Shown in pieces: positions 1 through 9,690 of a stretch of 64,000 nt of DNA; position 1 is the first letter of the stretch; each line of letters begins with the position of its first letter. The translations under genes were made by a program, and so were the position numbers. The notes below the pieces were generated by a model, which was not told where the DNA came from, ran no database searches, and worked only from the letters and a program-made list of their open reading frames with translations. This stretch comes from Longimicrobiales bacterium (GTDB lineage: Bacteria; Gemmatimonadota; Gemmatimonadetes; Longimicrobiales; Gaopeijiaceae), in NCBI GenBank assembly GCA_041690395.1, contig JAWLHJ010000002.1, forward strand, positions 356,707 to 420,706, written 5' to 3'.

Positions 1-279
1 ATCAACGCGTACGGCCACCTGGCGGACGGCAACGTCCACTTCAACGTGATGCTCGGTGACGGCGGAGTGCCCGTAGAGGCCGTGGGCCGAGCCGTGCACG
101 ACGTGGTCGCGCGGTTCGACGGGTCGATCTCGGCCGAGCACGGCATCGGGCGGGGCCGAGTCGACGAGCTCGAACGCCTCAAGCCGCCGGCCGAGCTGGA
201 GCTCATGAGGAAGCTCAAGCACGCCCTGGATCCCCAGGGGCTGCTGAACCCCGGAAAGGTGCTGGCGTCCCGAGGTTGA
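1..279 (+). CDS. FAD-linked oxidase C-terminal fragment (D-lactate dehydrogenase/GlcD-like), 5' truncated by window
   Basis: Frame 1 reads GHLADGNVH...SAEHGIG...LDPQGLLNPGKV, the typical FAD-oxidase C-terminal motifs. Confidence 0.85.
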   Translation: MNAYGHLADGNVHFNVMLGDGGVPVEAVGRAVHDVVARFDGSISAEHGIGRGRVDELERLKPPAELELMRKLKHALDPQGLLNPGKVLASRG

Positions 280-359
280 GCGCGGCCCCCTTGCCCGGGG
301 CCGGGGGCTGACCGTTCTTCGATACTCGAGTCGGGGACCGTCATCAAGGAGCATCAGGC

Positions 360-1238
360 ATGAGCACGCCCGGGGACGAAGCGAACGATTCCACGCCGGA
401 TCCGTCGCACTCGACGGGGTCGCAGGAGGGCGCCGCCAGCTCCGCCCCATCGGACCCCGGCACCTCACCCGGCGCTGGCGGCCCGATCGACGGCGCGCGC
501 CCGAAGCGCCCGTGGCCGGTGACCGCCGCCGCGATCGTCCTGGTTCTCGCGCTCCTGGTCGCGGTGGCGGCCGCCCTGGCGGGCTTCGGCAGCCGGTGGG
601 GGCTCTGGAACTTCCGCACCGGATTCAGCGTCCTCCGCTGGGCAGCCTACGGCGGACTCGCGACCACGGTGCTCGTGCTCCCGATCCTGTGGCTCACCCG
701 GCCCGGCCAGAAGAAGCCCCAGGGCTTCTTCTTCGCCGTGCTGGCCCTCCTCCTGTCCGCTCCCGTCTTCGTGGTCCCGCTGATGTGGCGCGCCCGGGCG
801 GGAGACGTACCTCCCATCCACGACATCACCACGGACACCAACGATCCTCCCCGCTTCCAGGATATCGCCCCCCTGCGCGCGGACGCGCCGAACCCGGTGG
901 AGTATCCCGGCTCCGAGGTCGCTGCGCAGCAGAGGGCCGCCTATCCCGACATCCGGCCGACCGTGCTGGACGTGCCCATGGGACAGGCCTTCGAGCGGGC
1001 GCTCGCTGCCGCCCGGGCCATGGGATGGGAGATCGTCGCCTCCGACGTCGAGGAGGGTCGGATCGAAGCGACTGACCGAACGTTCTGGTTCGGGTTCAGG
1101 GACGACGTCGTGATCCGGCTCACGCCCAGCGGAAGCCGGACCATCGTGGACGTCCGCTCCAAGTCCCGGGTCGGCGGCAGCGATGTCGGGACGAACGCGC
1201 GTCGGATCCGCTCGTACCTGGAGCGGCTCATGGCGTAG
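360..1238 (+). CDS. DUF1499-family membrane protein
   Basis: Three N-terminal hydrophobic segments, then PPIHDITTD and IEATDRTFWFGFRDDVVIR...DVRSKSRVGGSDVGTNARRI. Confidence 0.85.
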   Translation: MSTPGDEANDSTPDPSHSTGSQEGAASSAPSDPGTSPGAGGPIDGARPKRPWPVTAAAIVLVLALLVAVAAALAGFGSRWGLWNFRTGFSVLRWAAYGGLATTVLVLPILWLTRPGQKKPQGFFFAVLALLLSAPVFVVPLMWRARAGDVPPIHDITTDTNDPPRFQDIAPLRADAPNPVEYPGSEVAAQQRAAYPDIRPTVLDVPMGQAFERALAAARAMGWEIVASDVEEGRIEATDRTFWFGFRDDVVIRLTPSGSRTIVDVRSKSRVGGSDVGTNARRIRSYLERLMA

Positions 1239-1411
1239 GGCTCCGCCCGCGCGCCGGCGCGCAGCCCGCCACGCTTCGATTGACGGGGACGCGATCCACG
1301 CGCCATTCTGGCGTTCCCGCATCCACAGCGAAGGAGCTTCGTGAACCGAGACACCCCCTCGCCCCCGGAGAGACCGGCCCCACCGTTAGGCGCGCCCCAC
1401 CGGGGACCTGG

Positions 1412-2680
1412 ATGTTGACCCGCGCCCCTCGAGTCCAATCGGCGGCCGCGTTTCTCGTCCTTGTGACCGGACTCGCCTGCGACCCCGGCACCGACGAGTC
1501 TCCAGACGACTCGCGCACGAGCGAACGCCCCTCCACGAGCTCGTACCTGTACGTCTGGGCCGGGGCCGAGAGCGAAAATGACTCGGACTTCCTCGCGGTC
1601 CTGGACGCGGATCCCCTCTCGGTGGCCTACGGAGAGGTTCTGGGCAGCGTCCCTACGGGGCTGAGAGGCATGGCACACCATTCGGAGCACGTCATGCCCC
1701 GTGGGGACACCCTGTTCGTGAACGCCTTCAACGCCGGCACCACGTTCCTGGTGGACGTCTCGGACCCCTTCGCTCCTGTGATCGCCAGCTCCTTCGAGGA
1801 GCGCGGAACGTTCACCTTCCCCCACACGTTCGAACGCCTTCCCAATGGGAACGTGTTGGCCACGTTCCAGACACAGGGCGAGGGCAACCAGTCGCCCGGG
1901 GGCCTGGCGGAGCTCGATCCCTCCGGAAACGTCGTGAGGAGCGGGTACGCCGCGGACCCCGAGGACCCGGAGCTCCGACCCTACAGCGCGACGCCTATCC
2001 CCGCCCTGGATCGCATCGTCAGCACGACGTCGGACATGTTCATGGAGGCCACGGGCACCTCGTTCCAGGTCTGGCGCCTCTCGGATCTCACCCTGCTCAA
2101 GACGGTGCGACTTCCGCCAGGACCTCGGGGGAACGAGCACATGGACCCCGCGGAGGTCCGGTTGTTGGCGGATAGCGTGACCGCCGTTCTCACCACGTTC
2201 ACCTGCGCCATGTATCTCCTCCACGACCTCGAGTCCGAGGATCCCTGGGCTGAACTGGTGCATGTGCTGCCATGGGAAACCTACGACACGGACGATTGCG
2301 CAATCCCGGTAACCCGCGGCCGGTACTGGGTTCAGGCCCACGGACACTCGAGCGGGTCGGCACTGGTGGCCCTGGACATGTCGGACCCGGGGGCGCCGCG
2401 GGTGGTGAGCGAGTTGCGGCGGGAGGAGAAGTGGTGGCCGCACTGGCTGTCTCTCGAGCCCGAGGGGGACAGAATCGTGGTGACCTCCAATCCGGGAGGC
2501 ACGCTCCACAGAGTCCTCGTGGCTCGGCTGGACCCCACGACCGGAGCCCTCACCTGGGACACCACCTTTCGAGATCCAGGATCGGCCGAGCCGGGGGTGA
2601 GCTTCAAGCGGACCTCCTGGCCCCACGGACAGGCCGGCCCGGGACTCCCTCATGGCGCCGTGTTTTCCAGGCCGAGATGA
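1412..2680 (+). CDS. SBP56/selenium-binding-protein-like beta-propeller lipoprotein
   Basis: Lipobox-like LAC; LYVWAG..DFLAVLDADP, AHHSEH, FPHTF, WPHWL and PHGAVF motifs; start chosen at ATG 1412 before the signal peptide. Confidence 0.65.
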   Translation: MLTRAPRVQSAAAFLVLVTGLACDPGTDESPDDSRTSERPSTSSYLYVWAGAESENDSDFLAVLDADPLSVAYGEVLGSVPTGLRGMAHHSEHVMPRGDTLFVNAFNAGTTFLVDVSDPFAPVIASSFEERGTFTFPHTFERLPNGNVLATFQTQGEGNQSPGGLAELDPSGNVVRSGYAADPEDPELRPYSATPIPALDRIVSTTSDMFMEATGTSFQVWRLSDLTLLKTVRLPPGPRGNEHMDPAEVRLLADSVTAVLTTFTCAMYLLHDLESEDPWAELVHVLPWETYDTDDCAIPVTRGRYWVQAHGHSSGSALVALDMSDPGAPRVVSELRREEKWWPHWLSLEPEGDRIVVTSNPGGTLHRVLVARLDPTTGALTWDTTFRDPGSAEPGVSFKRTSWPHGQAGPGLPHGAVFSRPR

Positions 2681-2928
2681 TGTCTGCCCCCGTGTTGACG
2701 CGACGCGCGGCTCTGTTCCACTTGGGTGCCGCCGCCGGGGCGCTTCTAGCCTCGCCCTCCGTTCTGACCGCCGCTCCGGGTGGGGCTCCGCATCGGGGCC
2801 GGCGGCGAATATCTCGCGAATCCCGAGGATATGCCGAAGGACTCATCCGCCGCGGGTACTCCGACGAGCACATCTCGTTGATGCTGGGCGGGAGCTTCCA
2901 GCGGGTGCTGACGGAGATCTGGGGATAG
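2677..2928 (+). pseudogene. Probable internally deleted M19 membrane dipeptidase (Tat signal joined to C-terminal helix)
   Basis: ATGA overlap with upstream gene; TRRAAL twin-arginine signal followed after a short linker by EGLIRRGYSDEHISLMLGGSFQRVLTEIW. Confidence 0.55.
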
Positions 2929-2943
2929 ACGCCGGGGTGGGCG

Positions 2944-3339
2944 TCAGGTCCCGGTGAGCTCGCTGAGCCTGATGCCCATCGCCTGGGCAGCCCCGGCCAT
3001 GCGGCCATCGAAGGTCGCGAGCTCGACTTCCTGACCTTGCTGGCGCAGATAGGCGATCGATGCGAGGTGAAGCGCGTCGAGCGTGCGCACGGGTTCGGGA
3101 AAGGCATCGAGCGCCCTCTCCAGCACCTCATCGTTCAGGGCCAACCGCGCCACACGGGCGAGGAGCAGCCTGGCAACGTCGCCGTGGGTCGCGGCCAGAT
3201 CACGGGCGTGCAGACGCGTCCAGAGCTCATAGTCGAGCAACCGGCTCGACACGAGCTCCTCGGACCACAACTCGGGAGGAGGACGGCGATCCTCGGCAAG
3301 CAGGTGCGCCAGGGCGACGGACGTATCCAGGTAGATCAC
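2944..3339 (-). CDS. vapC: PIN-domain toxin (VapC family)
   Basis: MIYLDTS N-terminus, RTLDALHLAS, ATFDGRM. Confidence 0.85.
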   Translation of the reverse strand: MIYLDTSVALAHLLAEDRRPPPELWSEELVSSRLLDYELWTRLHARDLAATHGDVARLLLARVARLALNDEVLERALDAFPEPVRTLDALHLASIAYLRQQGQEVELATFDGRMAGAAQAMGIRLSELTGT

Positions 3340-3623
3340 CGATCGGCACGATCCACGTCGAGCTCGGCCATGAGCTCCGCGAGCGGAGCCACGGGGCGTG
3401 ACGGAGGAGGTGCGCCCGGTCTGATCGTCGGAGGGGTCACTAGGCCCCGCTCCACCAAGGCCCCCAGGCTTCCCTCATACGGATCCGTAGGACGGACGGC
3501 CGCGATACCGCGCCGGAGCACTTCGGAGCGCGACACGCCCAGCGCCGAAGCCGCGCGGTCCAACTCGGCGCGCTCCTCCGGGGAGAGGTAGACCTGGATG
3601 GGTTCTCGGACGACTTTCGCCAT
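3336..3623 (-). CDS. Ribbon-helix-helix (CopG-like) antitoxin
   Basis: IQVYL...LDRAASALGVSRSEVLRRGI; 4-nt overlap with the PIN toxin. Confidence 0.8.
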   Translation of the reverse strand: MAKVVREPIQVYLSPEERAELDRAASALGVSRSEVLRRGIAAVRPTDPYEGSLGALVERGLVTPPTIRPGAPPPSRPVAPLAELMAELDVDRADR

Positions 3624-3642
3624 GAGGGTGAATTTACCTCAT
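3622..3642. promoter_or_regulatory. Candidate TA autoregulatory operator (inverted repeat)
   Basis: ATGAGG-GTGAATTTA-CCTCAT overlapping the antitoxin start codon. Confidence 0.4.
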
Positions 3643-3731
3643 TTGCATCCAAATTCGTAGGCGTGAGGTGGAACGAGCGTGCGGTCCCCCGTATGATGGG
3701 ATTCATCCATCCACCCCTCGGGATACCGACG

Positions 3732-4301
3732 ATGGCTGAAACGCAGCGCTTCGACGAAGCCCTCCTCGAGACCGTGGGCGGCGATCGCGATCGGGCCGAG
3801 CTTCTGCTGTCTCAGCTCTATCCTCAGCTTCGGCGCCTGGCCCACGCGAAGCTCCGGGGGGAGCGTCCCCATCACACCCTCGACACGTCGGCGCTGGCCC
3901 ATGAGGCGTACCTGAAGCTCTCCGGCGAGACCCGCGTCGAATGGCAAAGCCGCTCACACTTCCTCGCCATGGCGGCGGTGGCCATGAGGCGGATCCTGAT
4001 CGACTACGCCAAGGGACGGAACGCCGCCAAGCGAGGAGGGGGCCAGGCCGTCCATGTCACCTTGGACGGCGCCTCCATTCCCGAGGACCGGGGAACGCTC
4101 GAGCCCGTTGATCTCTTGCAGCTCGAATCGTCGCTTACCAGGCTGGAGGGATTCAATCCACGGGGCGCCGCCGTGGTCCAGTACCGCTTCTTCGCGGGGC
4201 TCAAGAATGAAGAGATCGCCGAGATCCTCGGCGTGTCGGTGCCGACCGTACGCCGATCGTGGGCCGTGGCCCGGGCCTGGCTCGCCAAAGAGATGGCCTG
4301 A
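3732..4301 (+). CDS. ECF-type RNA polymerase sigma factor (kinase-associated type)
   Basis: LYPQLRRLAH, HTLDTSALAHEAYLKL, AMRRILIDYA, EEIAEILGVSVPTVRRSW..ARAWL. Confidence 0.9.
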   Translation: MAETQRFDEALLETVGGDRDRAELLLSQLYPQLRRLAHAKLRGERPHHTLDTSALAHEAYLKLSGETRVEWQSRSHFLAMAAVAMRRILIDYAKGRNAAKRGGGQAVHVTLDGASIPEDRGTLEPVDLLQLESSLTRLEGFNPRGAAVVQYRFFAGLKNEEIAEILGVSVPTVRRSWAVARAWLAKEMA

Positions 4302-4328
4302 CGGCGCCCCGGCCGGAACCAGCGGACG

Positions 4329-6797
4329 ATGACGTCGGGCGCTCCGGGCGGCGATGCAGGTCGGTGGGAGCGGATCGAAGAGATCTGCTTCGGCGCCATG
4401 GAACGCGCTCCGGCCGACCGCTCGGCATACCTGGACCTCCACTGCGCCGGCGACGATGCGCTGCGCGCGGAGATCGAGGCACTGCTCCGGGCCGCGGACA
4501 CCCGGCCCGACTTTCTCAGCCATCCGGTTCTCTCGATTCCGGCGGACGCCGGCGCGGCCGAAGGAGCGCCCGACGCCGATCTTCCGAAGCGCGTAGGCCC
4601 CTACCGGATCGTTCGCCCCCTCGGCGAAGGGGGCATGGGACACGTCTACCTGGCCGTCCGCGAGGGTGACGGCTTCTCCAAGACCGTGGCCCTGAAGGTC
4701 GTCCGCCGCGGCCTGGACACGAGCCGGGTTCTGACCCGTTTCCGGGAGGAGCGTCGCATTCTGGCCGGGCTCGCCCATCCCAACATCGCGGCCCTCCTCG
4801 ACGGGGGAGCCACGGAAGACGGACGCCCCTACCTGGTAATGGAGTTCGTCGAAGGGGAGCCCATCGACCGTTACTGTGACCGTCGCGGCCTCCCGGTCCG
4901 CGATCGCCTGCGGCTGGTCACGACCATATGCGCGGCGGTCCACTACGCGCATCAGAACCTCGTGGTGCACCGGGACATCAAGCCACCGAACATTCTCGTG
5001 ACCGCCGAAGGCATCCCCAAGCTCCTGGACTTCGGAATCGGGAAGGTGCTGGCCGGAGAGGATGGCGACGAAGAGCTGACGGTCCTCGAGGAGCGAGCGA
5101 TGACCCCGGAGTACGCTGCGCCGGAGCAGCGGGCGGGCGCCGCGATCACGACGGCGACGGACGTCTACGCCCTCGGCGTCCTGCTGTATCGGCTGCTCAC
5201 GGGTCGACTACCCTGGGAGGGGGCCGCCACGTCGGGGGAGCGAGGCCAGAGCCGGACGGATCGCCCGGGCCCGAAGCGGCCGAGCACGGTGTCCGCCGAG
5301 GCTGGCCACATCTCGCCCGAGCTCGATGCCGTCGTGCTCAAGGCGCTCCGGTCGGAGCCGGAAGAACGTTACCCGGGGCCGCTGGCTCTGGCCGACGACC
5401 TCGAGCGCTTCCTGAACGGGCGCCCGGTCGCCGCGCGCGCGCCCAGCTTCCTCTACCTGTCCAGAAAGTTCATCTCCCGACACCGGCTCGCGGTCGGGGC
5501 ATCCATCGCGGTGGTCGCCGGCGGCCTGTCCATGACCGCCTACACATGGCTCCAGTCGCAAAGGGTCGCAGCAGAGCGCGACAAGGCCCTCGAGGTGAGG
5601 GGCTTTCTTCTCGAGACGTTCGGCGCGGCGGGCCCCGACCGTCGGACGGGGGATCCGGTCACGGCGCGCGCGCTCCTCGACGGGCAAGCAGCCACCGTCG
5701 TGGACGCCTACGCCGACGATCCGGCCTTGAGAGCCGAGATGATGATGGTGCTGGCCGAAGGGTACGAGCGGCTGGGACTCGTCGAAGAGGCGCAGTCGTG
5801 GGCGTCGAGGGTGGTGGCGGACCATGAGCTCCTACCTGATGCGGAGTACGCCGCCGCACAGACCCTCCTCGGCTGGATCCTGCATCAACAGGGGCGTTCC
5901 TCCGAGGCGGAGGCGCTCCTCGTGGAGTCGGTCGCTCGCGCGAGGGCAGCCTCCGGCGCCGAGCGGGTCCTGGCCCGCGCGCTCAACGATCTCGGCGTCG
6001 TCCTCGAGGCTCTGGGTGAGTACGACCGCTCGGGTGCGGCCCATGAGGAGGCCCTGGCGATGCGGGCCGAACTCTTCGGCGAAAGACACCGGAGCGTGGC
6101 CATCAGCGCGTCGAACCTGGCCGCCGTCCACTACCGCCGCGGAAACCTCGAGCGAGCCGTCCGCGAAGGGCAGAGAGCCCTGGAGATCATCGAGCGTTCG
6201 CTGGGGCCGGACCACCAGCGGACCATCATCGCCCAGAGCAATCTCGCCGTGTTCAAGCTGGTGCAGGGTGACCTGTCCGGCGCCGAGGCCGACTATCGCG
6301 ATCTCCTGGAGCGCCAAGCGCGGGTTCAGGGGCGTGAGCACCCGGTGACGGTGCGCGTCATGATGAGCCTCGCGAGCGTGCTCCGGCAGGCGGAGAAGTG
6401 GGAGGAGGCCGAGGACGTCCTGCGTGAAGCCCTCCGGATCACCAACCAGCGCCCCGAGGCCAACCCCGTCGACGTCGGCTACACCATGGCGACCCTCGGC
6501 GACATCCTCTCCGCGCGCGGAGCGCACCGGGAAGCGGTGGAGATGCTCGAGCGGAGTCTGGACCTCCAGGTCGGGGCGCTCGGTCTCCAGCATGTCGACG
6601 TGGCTCAGTCGCAGAGCTACCTCAGCCGCGCCTTCGAGCGCGTCGACTCCCTGGAGATCGCCGCCAGATGGCAGGAGCGGGCCGTGGCGACTCTCGGCGC
6701 CAGCCTGGGTGACGAGCATCCTCAGACGGCGTCGGAACGGGAGCGATTGGACGCTCTTCGTGATCGTGTAGGGCGCATCGGCGGCGAAAGCCGCTGA
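4329..6797 (+). CDS. Hanks-type Ser/Thr protein kinase with TM segment and TPR repeats
   Basis: GEGGMGHVY, VALK, HRDIKPPN, DFG, TPEYAAPE; C-terminal TPR repeats. Confidence 0.92.
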   Translation: MTSGAPGGDAGRWERIEEICFGAMERAPADRSAYLDLHCAGDDALRAEIEALLRAADTRPDFLSHPVLSIPADAGAAEGAPDADLPKRVGPYRIVRPLGEGGMGHVYLAVREGDGFSKTVALKVVRRGLDTSRVLTRFREERRILAGLAHPNIAALLDGGATEDGRPYLVMEFVEGEPIDRYCDRRGLPVRDRLRLVTTICAAVHYAHQNLVVHRDIKPPNILVTAEGIPKLLDFGIGKVLAGEDGDEELTVLEERAMTPEYAAPEQRAGAAITTATDVYALGVLLYRLLTGRLPWEGAATSGERGQSRTDRPGPKRPSTVSAEAGHISPELDAVVLKALRSEPEERYPGPLALADDLERFLNGRPVAARAPSFLYLSRKFISRHRLAVGASIAVVAGGLSMTAYTWLQSQRVAAERDKALEVRGFLLETFGAAGPDRRTGDPVTARALLDGQAATVVDAYADDPALRAEMMMVLAEGYERLGLVEEAQSWASRVVADHELLPDAEYAAAQTLLGWILHQQGRSSEAEALLVESVARARAASGAERVLARALNDLGVVLEALGEYDRSGAAHEEALAMRAELFGERHRSVAISASNLAAVHYRRGNLERAVREGQRALEIIERSLGPDHQRTIIAQSNLAVFKLVQGDLSGAEADYRDLLERQARVQGREHPVTVRVMMSLASVLRQAEKWEEAEDVLREALRITNQRPEANPVDVGYTMATLGDILSARGAHREAVEMLERSLDLQVGALGLQHVDVAQSQSYLSRAFERVDSLEIAARWQERAVATLGASLGDEHPQTASERERLDALRDRVGRIGGESR

Positions 6798-6871
6798 TCA
6801 CCCGACTCCCCTCTTCTCGCGTACTCCGATAAGGGCCGATACGGCCCACGGACTACGACCGAGGAGAAAAG

Positions 6872-9133
6872 ATGCGGATCACCACCCACCTCCGCGGGAC
6901 CCACCTCCGCGGGACCCGGCTCCCGGGCATGGTGCTTCTGGCCGGTGCACTACTCTGGGGATGCAGTAGCGACCCGACCGACCCCGTTGGAAACACCGAC
7001 CCCGACCCATCCACGAACCAGGCGCCGACCGCCGCGGCGGGCTCCGACGTCAGCGTGAGCGTCGGGCTGGCCGTGACCCTCGACGGTACGGCGTCCGCCG
7101 ATCCCGACGGCGACGCCATCACATATGCCTGGACGCTGACGCCACCGTCGGGAAGCGCGGCCGTACTCGACGGCGAGACCGGCGAGAGCCCGACGTTCAC
7201 CCCGGACGTCGAAGGCGCCTACGTCGCTTCGCTCGTCGTGAACGACGGCACCGACGACAGCGCGCCCGACGAGATCACCGTGACCGCGACCGACAACACC
7301 ACTTCATCGGCCGTCACCGCGTCCGCCGGAGGCTCCATCACCTCGGCCGACGCCAAGCTCGAGCTCACGATTCCGGCCGGCGCGCTCGCCGCCGATACCG
7401 AGATCGCCATCAACCTCTTCGGGGACGCCCAGCTGCCGGAGGCCCTGGACGGCCTTGCCGGTGACATCACGGCCTACGATCTGGGACCCGACGGCACCAC
7501 GTTCTCGGCGCCCGTGGAAATCTCCTTCGACATGCCGGGCTCGGTCACCTCGTCCGGCGGCACGGTATCGACATCCGCCGGGCTGCTCTACGCCGAGTCG
7601 GAAGGAACCGTCGAGGCCATGGCCAACACGACGTTCGTGCAGGACGAGGACGATCCGACGTCCGGGAGACTCACGGGTGAGATGTCCCACTTCTCGAGCG
7701 CGGTCTTCTCGGCCGCCGACCTGTACTACGAGATCGAGGCCCCCGCGAGCGCGGAGGTGGGTACCCCCTTCGACGTGACATTCACCATCGACATCACGAA
7801 CGCCGGGGTCGGTGAGGTCGTCAGCGCGACCGTGGAGGACGCCTCCCGAGCGCCCGTGGTACCGGATGAGGGCTTCGACCCGGAGCTCGGGGGCGCGCCG
7901 ACGCTGGTGTGGGTGACGAACAGCTACACTTGTACCGAGGTCGGTGAGGGACGGATCTCGGTCTTCATGCGCTTCGACTCGGACGACGAGTTCGGCTCCT
8001 TCGCCCGCATCAACCTCGGGAAGGCGGTGACGTGCGTGGAGCCTCCGCCGCAGCTCGAGACCCAGTGGATCGACGCCGCGGGGGCCTGGCGCATTCTGCC
8101 GGTGGCGGGATCGGACACGGACGTCACGGTCGGAGGCGACGTGCGGCGCATCAATCTGGCGACCGGTTCCATGGTGCTTGGAAGCGCGGTAGCCCAGGAC
8201 AATGCTCCGGAATTCGTGTTCGCGCTGAGTGACGGCACCTACCTGGTTCACCACGAGCTCGGGTACAACGTTCGCCACTTCGACCCGAACGCCGATCCTC
8301 AGGATCCCAGCCCGACCGTTCACTCCTTCGACCAGCCCCGCCACATGGCCACGGTCTCGGAAAACGTCGTCGCCGTCGCGTCCGCCTACGGAGACCTGGG
8401 GCTCATCAGCTACACGCCCGGCGGCGGGTTCTCCGACGCCTACAGGACCTTGGGCGTGAACGGACAACAGCAGGCGGGAACGAACCTCCAGGCCATCTGG
8501 GGGTCGGCCGACGGCCAGACGCTCATCGGCGCCGTGACGGAGGGAGAAGGCGACGCCGCGTTCAACGACACTCAGGCGGCCCTGCTGGTCCCTGGTGCCG
8601 AGGCCGGAACCGTCGAGGCACAGGTCTTCCCCGGCATGATCGACTGGCGACTCGACGGGGATCGGCGCCACGAGAACTGGCTCGACTGCGGAGACCATGT
8701 CGGTGAGCCCAACCGTGTCGTCTGCGTCTTCACGAGCGGGTTCGGCTACCCGGCGAGCGAAGACACGGAGACCGACGGGTTCTTCAGCATCTTCTCGGTG
8801 GCGCCGTCGGGCACGAGCACCGGTCCCGTGCTCCTGGACTGGGACGGAGCAAACGCTCGGGCCGGGGGCGCGGTCTTCCCGGTCGACGACATCACCACGG
8901 GCGTGGCCGTCGCGAACCAGGCCACCGGACACATCGACGTCTGGCATATCCAGGGATCGGATGTGGCTGCGTCGTTCTCACTGGATATCTCGAGTCAGTG
9001 TCCCGACCCCGTGGACCTGGTCCTTCTGGGCGATGGCTCACGCGGCGCGGTCACGTGCAGCGCCGGCGGCTCGGGCGCCGGGGGGGTGCTCGTGATCCGC
9101 AACCTGAACCTCCAGCTTCCGCCCACGTCGTAG
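6872..9133 (+). CDS. Large lipoprotein with PKD/Ig-like domain, ZU5-like segment and beta-rich C-terminus
   Basis: GAGGAG RBS; LWGC lipobox; NQAPTAAAG..LDGTASADPDGDAITYAW; GGSITS..LTIPAGAL..YDLGPDGTTF. Confidence 0.75.
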   Translation: MRITTHLRGTHLRGTRLPGMVLLAGALLWGCSSDPTDPVGNTDPDPSTNQAPTAAAGSDVSVSVGLAVTLDGTASADPDGDAITYAWTLTPPSGSAAVLDGETGESPTFTPDVEGAYVASLVVNDGTDDSAPDEITVTATDNTTSSAVTASAGGSITSADAKLELTIPAGALAADTEIAINLFGDAQLPEALDGLAGDITAYDLGPDGTTFSAPVEISFDMPGSVTSSGGTVSTSAGLLYAESEGTVEAMANTTFVQDEDDPTSGRLTGEMSHFSSAVFSAADLYYEIEAPASAEVGTPFDVTFTIDITNAGVGEVVSATVEDASRAPVVPDEGFDPELGGAPTLVWVTNSYTCTEVGEGRISVFMRFDSDDEFGSFARINLGKAVTCVEPPPQLETQWIDAAGAWRILPVAGSDTDVTVGGDVRRINLATGSMVLGSAVAQDNAPEFVFALSDGTYLVHHELGYNVRHFDPNADPQDPSPTVHSFDQPRHMATVSENVVAVASAYGDLGLISYTPGGGFSDAYRTLGVNGQQQAGTNLQAIWGSADGQTLIGAVTEGEGDAAFNDTQAALLVPGAEAGTVEAQVFPGMIDWRLDGDRRHENWLDCGDHVGEPNRVVCVFTSGFGYPASEDTETDGFFSIFSVAPSGTSTGPVLLDWDGANARAGGAVFPVDDITTGVAVANQATGHIDVWHIQGSDVAASFSLDISSQCPDPVDLVLLGDGSRGAVTCSAGGSGAGGVLVIRNLNLQLPPTS

Positions 9134-9246
9134 CTCGGAGGTGGCGGCCGGCTCGGTCACCCCGGGTCGGTCGCCACCGCCGTTCTTCTTGCCTCACCCC
9201 CCGCACCCCCGCACATTGCGCATACCCCTCAGGTATGGAGGCAACG

Positions 9247-9639
9247 ATGCCCTTCCGTCTCGTCGTACGGTCGATCCCGGCCGCGATGCTCGTAGCGACC
9301 GTTTCCGCGTGCGCTACGTCCGCCCCTCCCGCCGAGCAGACCGCGGCGGTCCCCGCCGGCGACTGGTGCCAGGTGGACGTGCGGAACGCGACGCAGTTCA
9401 CGCTCGACACGTCGTACTGGCTGGGTCCGCGAGGCACGGGCGCCATGCACCCGGTCGGGATGCTCGACCCCGACCAGTCGACCATGTTCGGTGTTCCGTG
9501 CGCACAGGAGCGGCTCCAGGTTTCCGGTGTCGCGGTGAGCGTGTTCGGTGCGTCGCTGGATCGCGGTCAGGCGAGAGGCTTCGCCGTCGCGGATCTGGAG
9601 CCGGGCAAAACGGCCATGGTGGTGCTGCGGGCGCGTTAG
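9247..9639 (+). CDS. Small hypothetical lipoprotein
   Basis: GGAGG RBS; VSAC lipobox. Confidence 0.65.
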   Translation: MPFRLVVRSIPAAMLVATVSACATSAPPAEQTAAVPAGDWCQVDVRNATQFTLDTSYWLGPRGTGAMHPVGMLDPDQSTMFGVPCAQERLQVSGVAVSVFGASLDRGQARGFAVADLEPGKTAMVVLRAR

Positions 9640-9690
9640 CCGACCTCCAGCCCGCAGGCTCGTCCGCGGCCCCCCCGTCCAGGAACTGGC

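Noticed and set aside
1385..1391. GTTAGGC resembling an integron attC core before the SBP56-like gene
   Set aside because: No matching inverse core, attC hairpin, cassette array or integrase found
1412..2680. Functional link between the SBP56-like gene and the selenoproteins
   Set aside because: They are about 56 kb apart, and the family name does not imply a role in Sec metabolism
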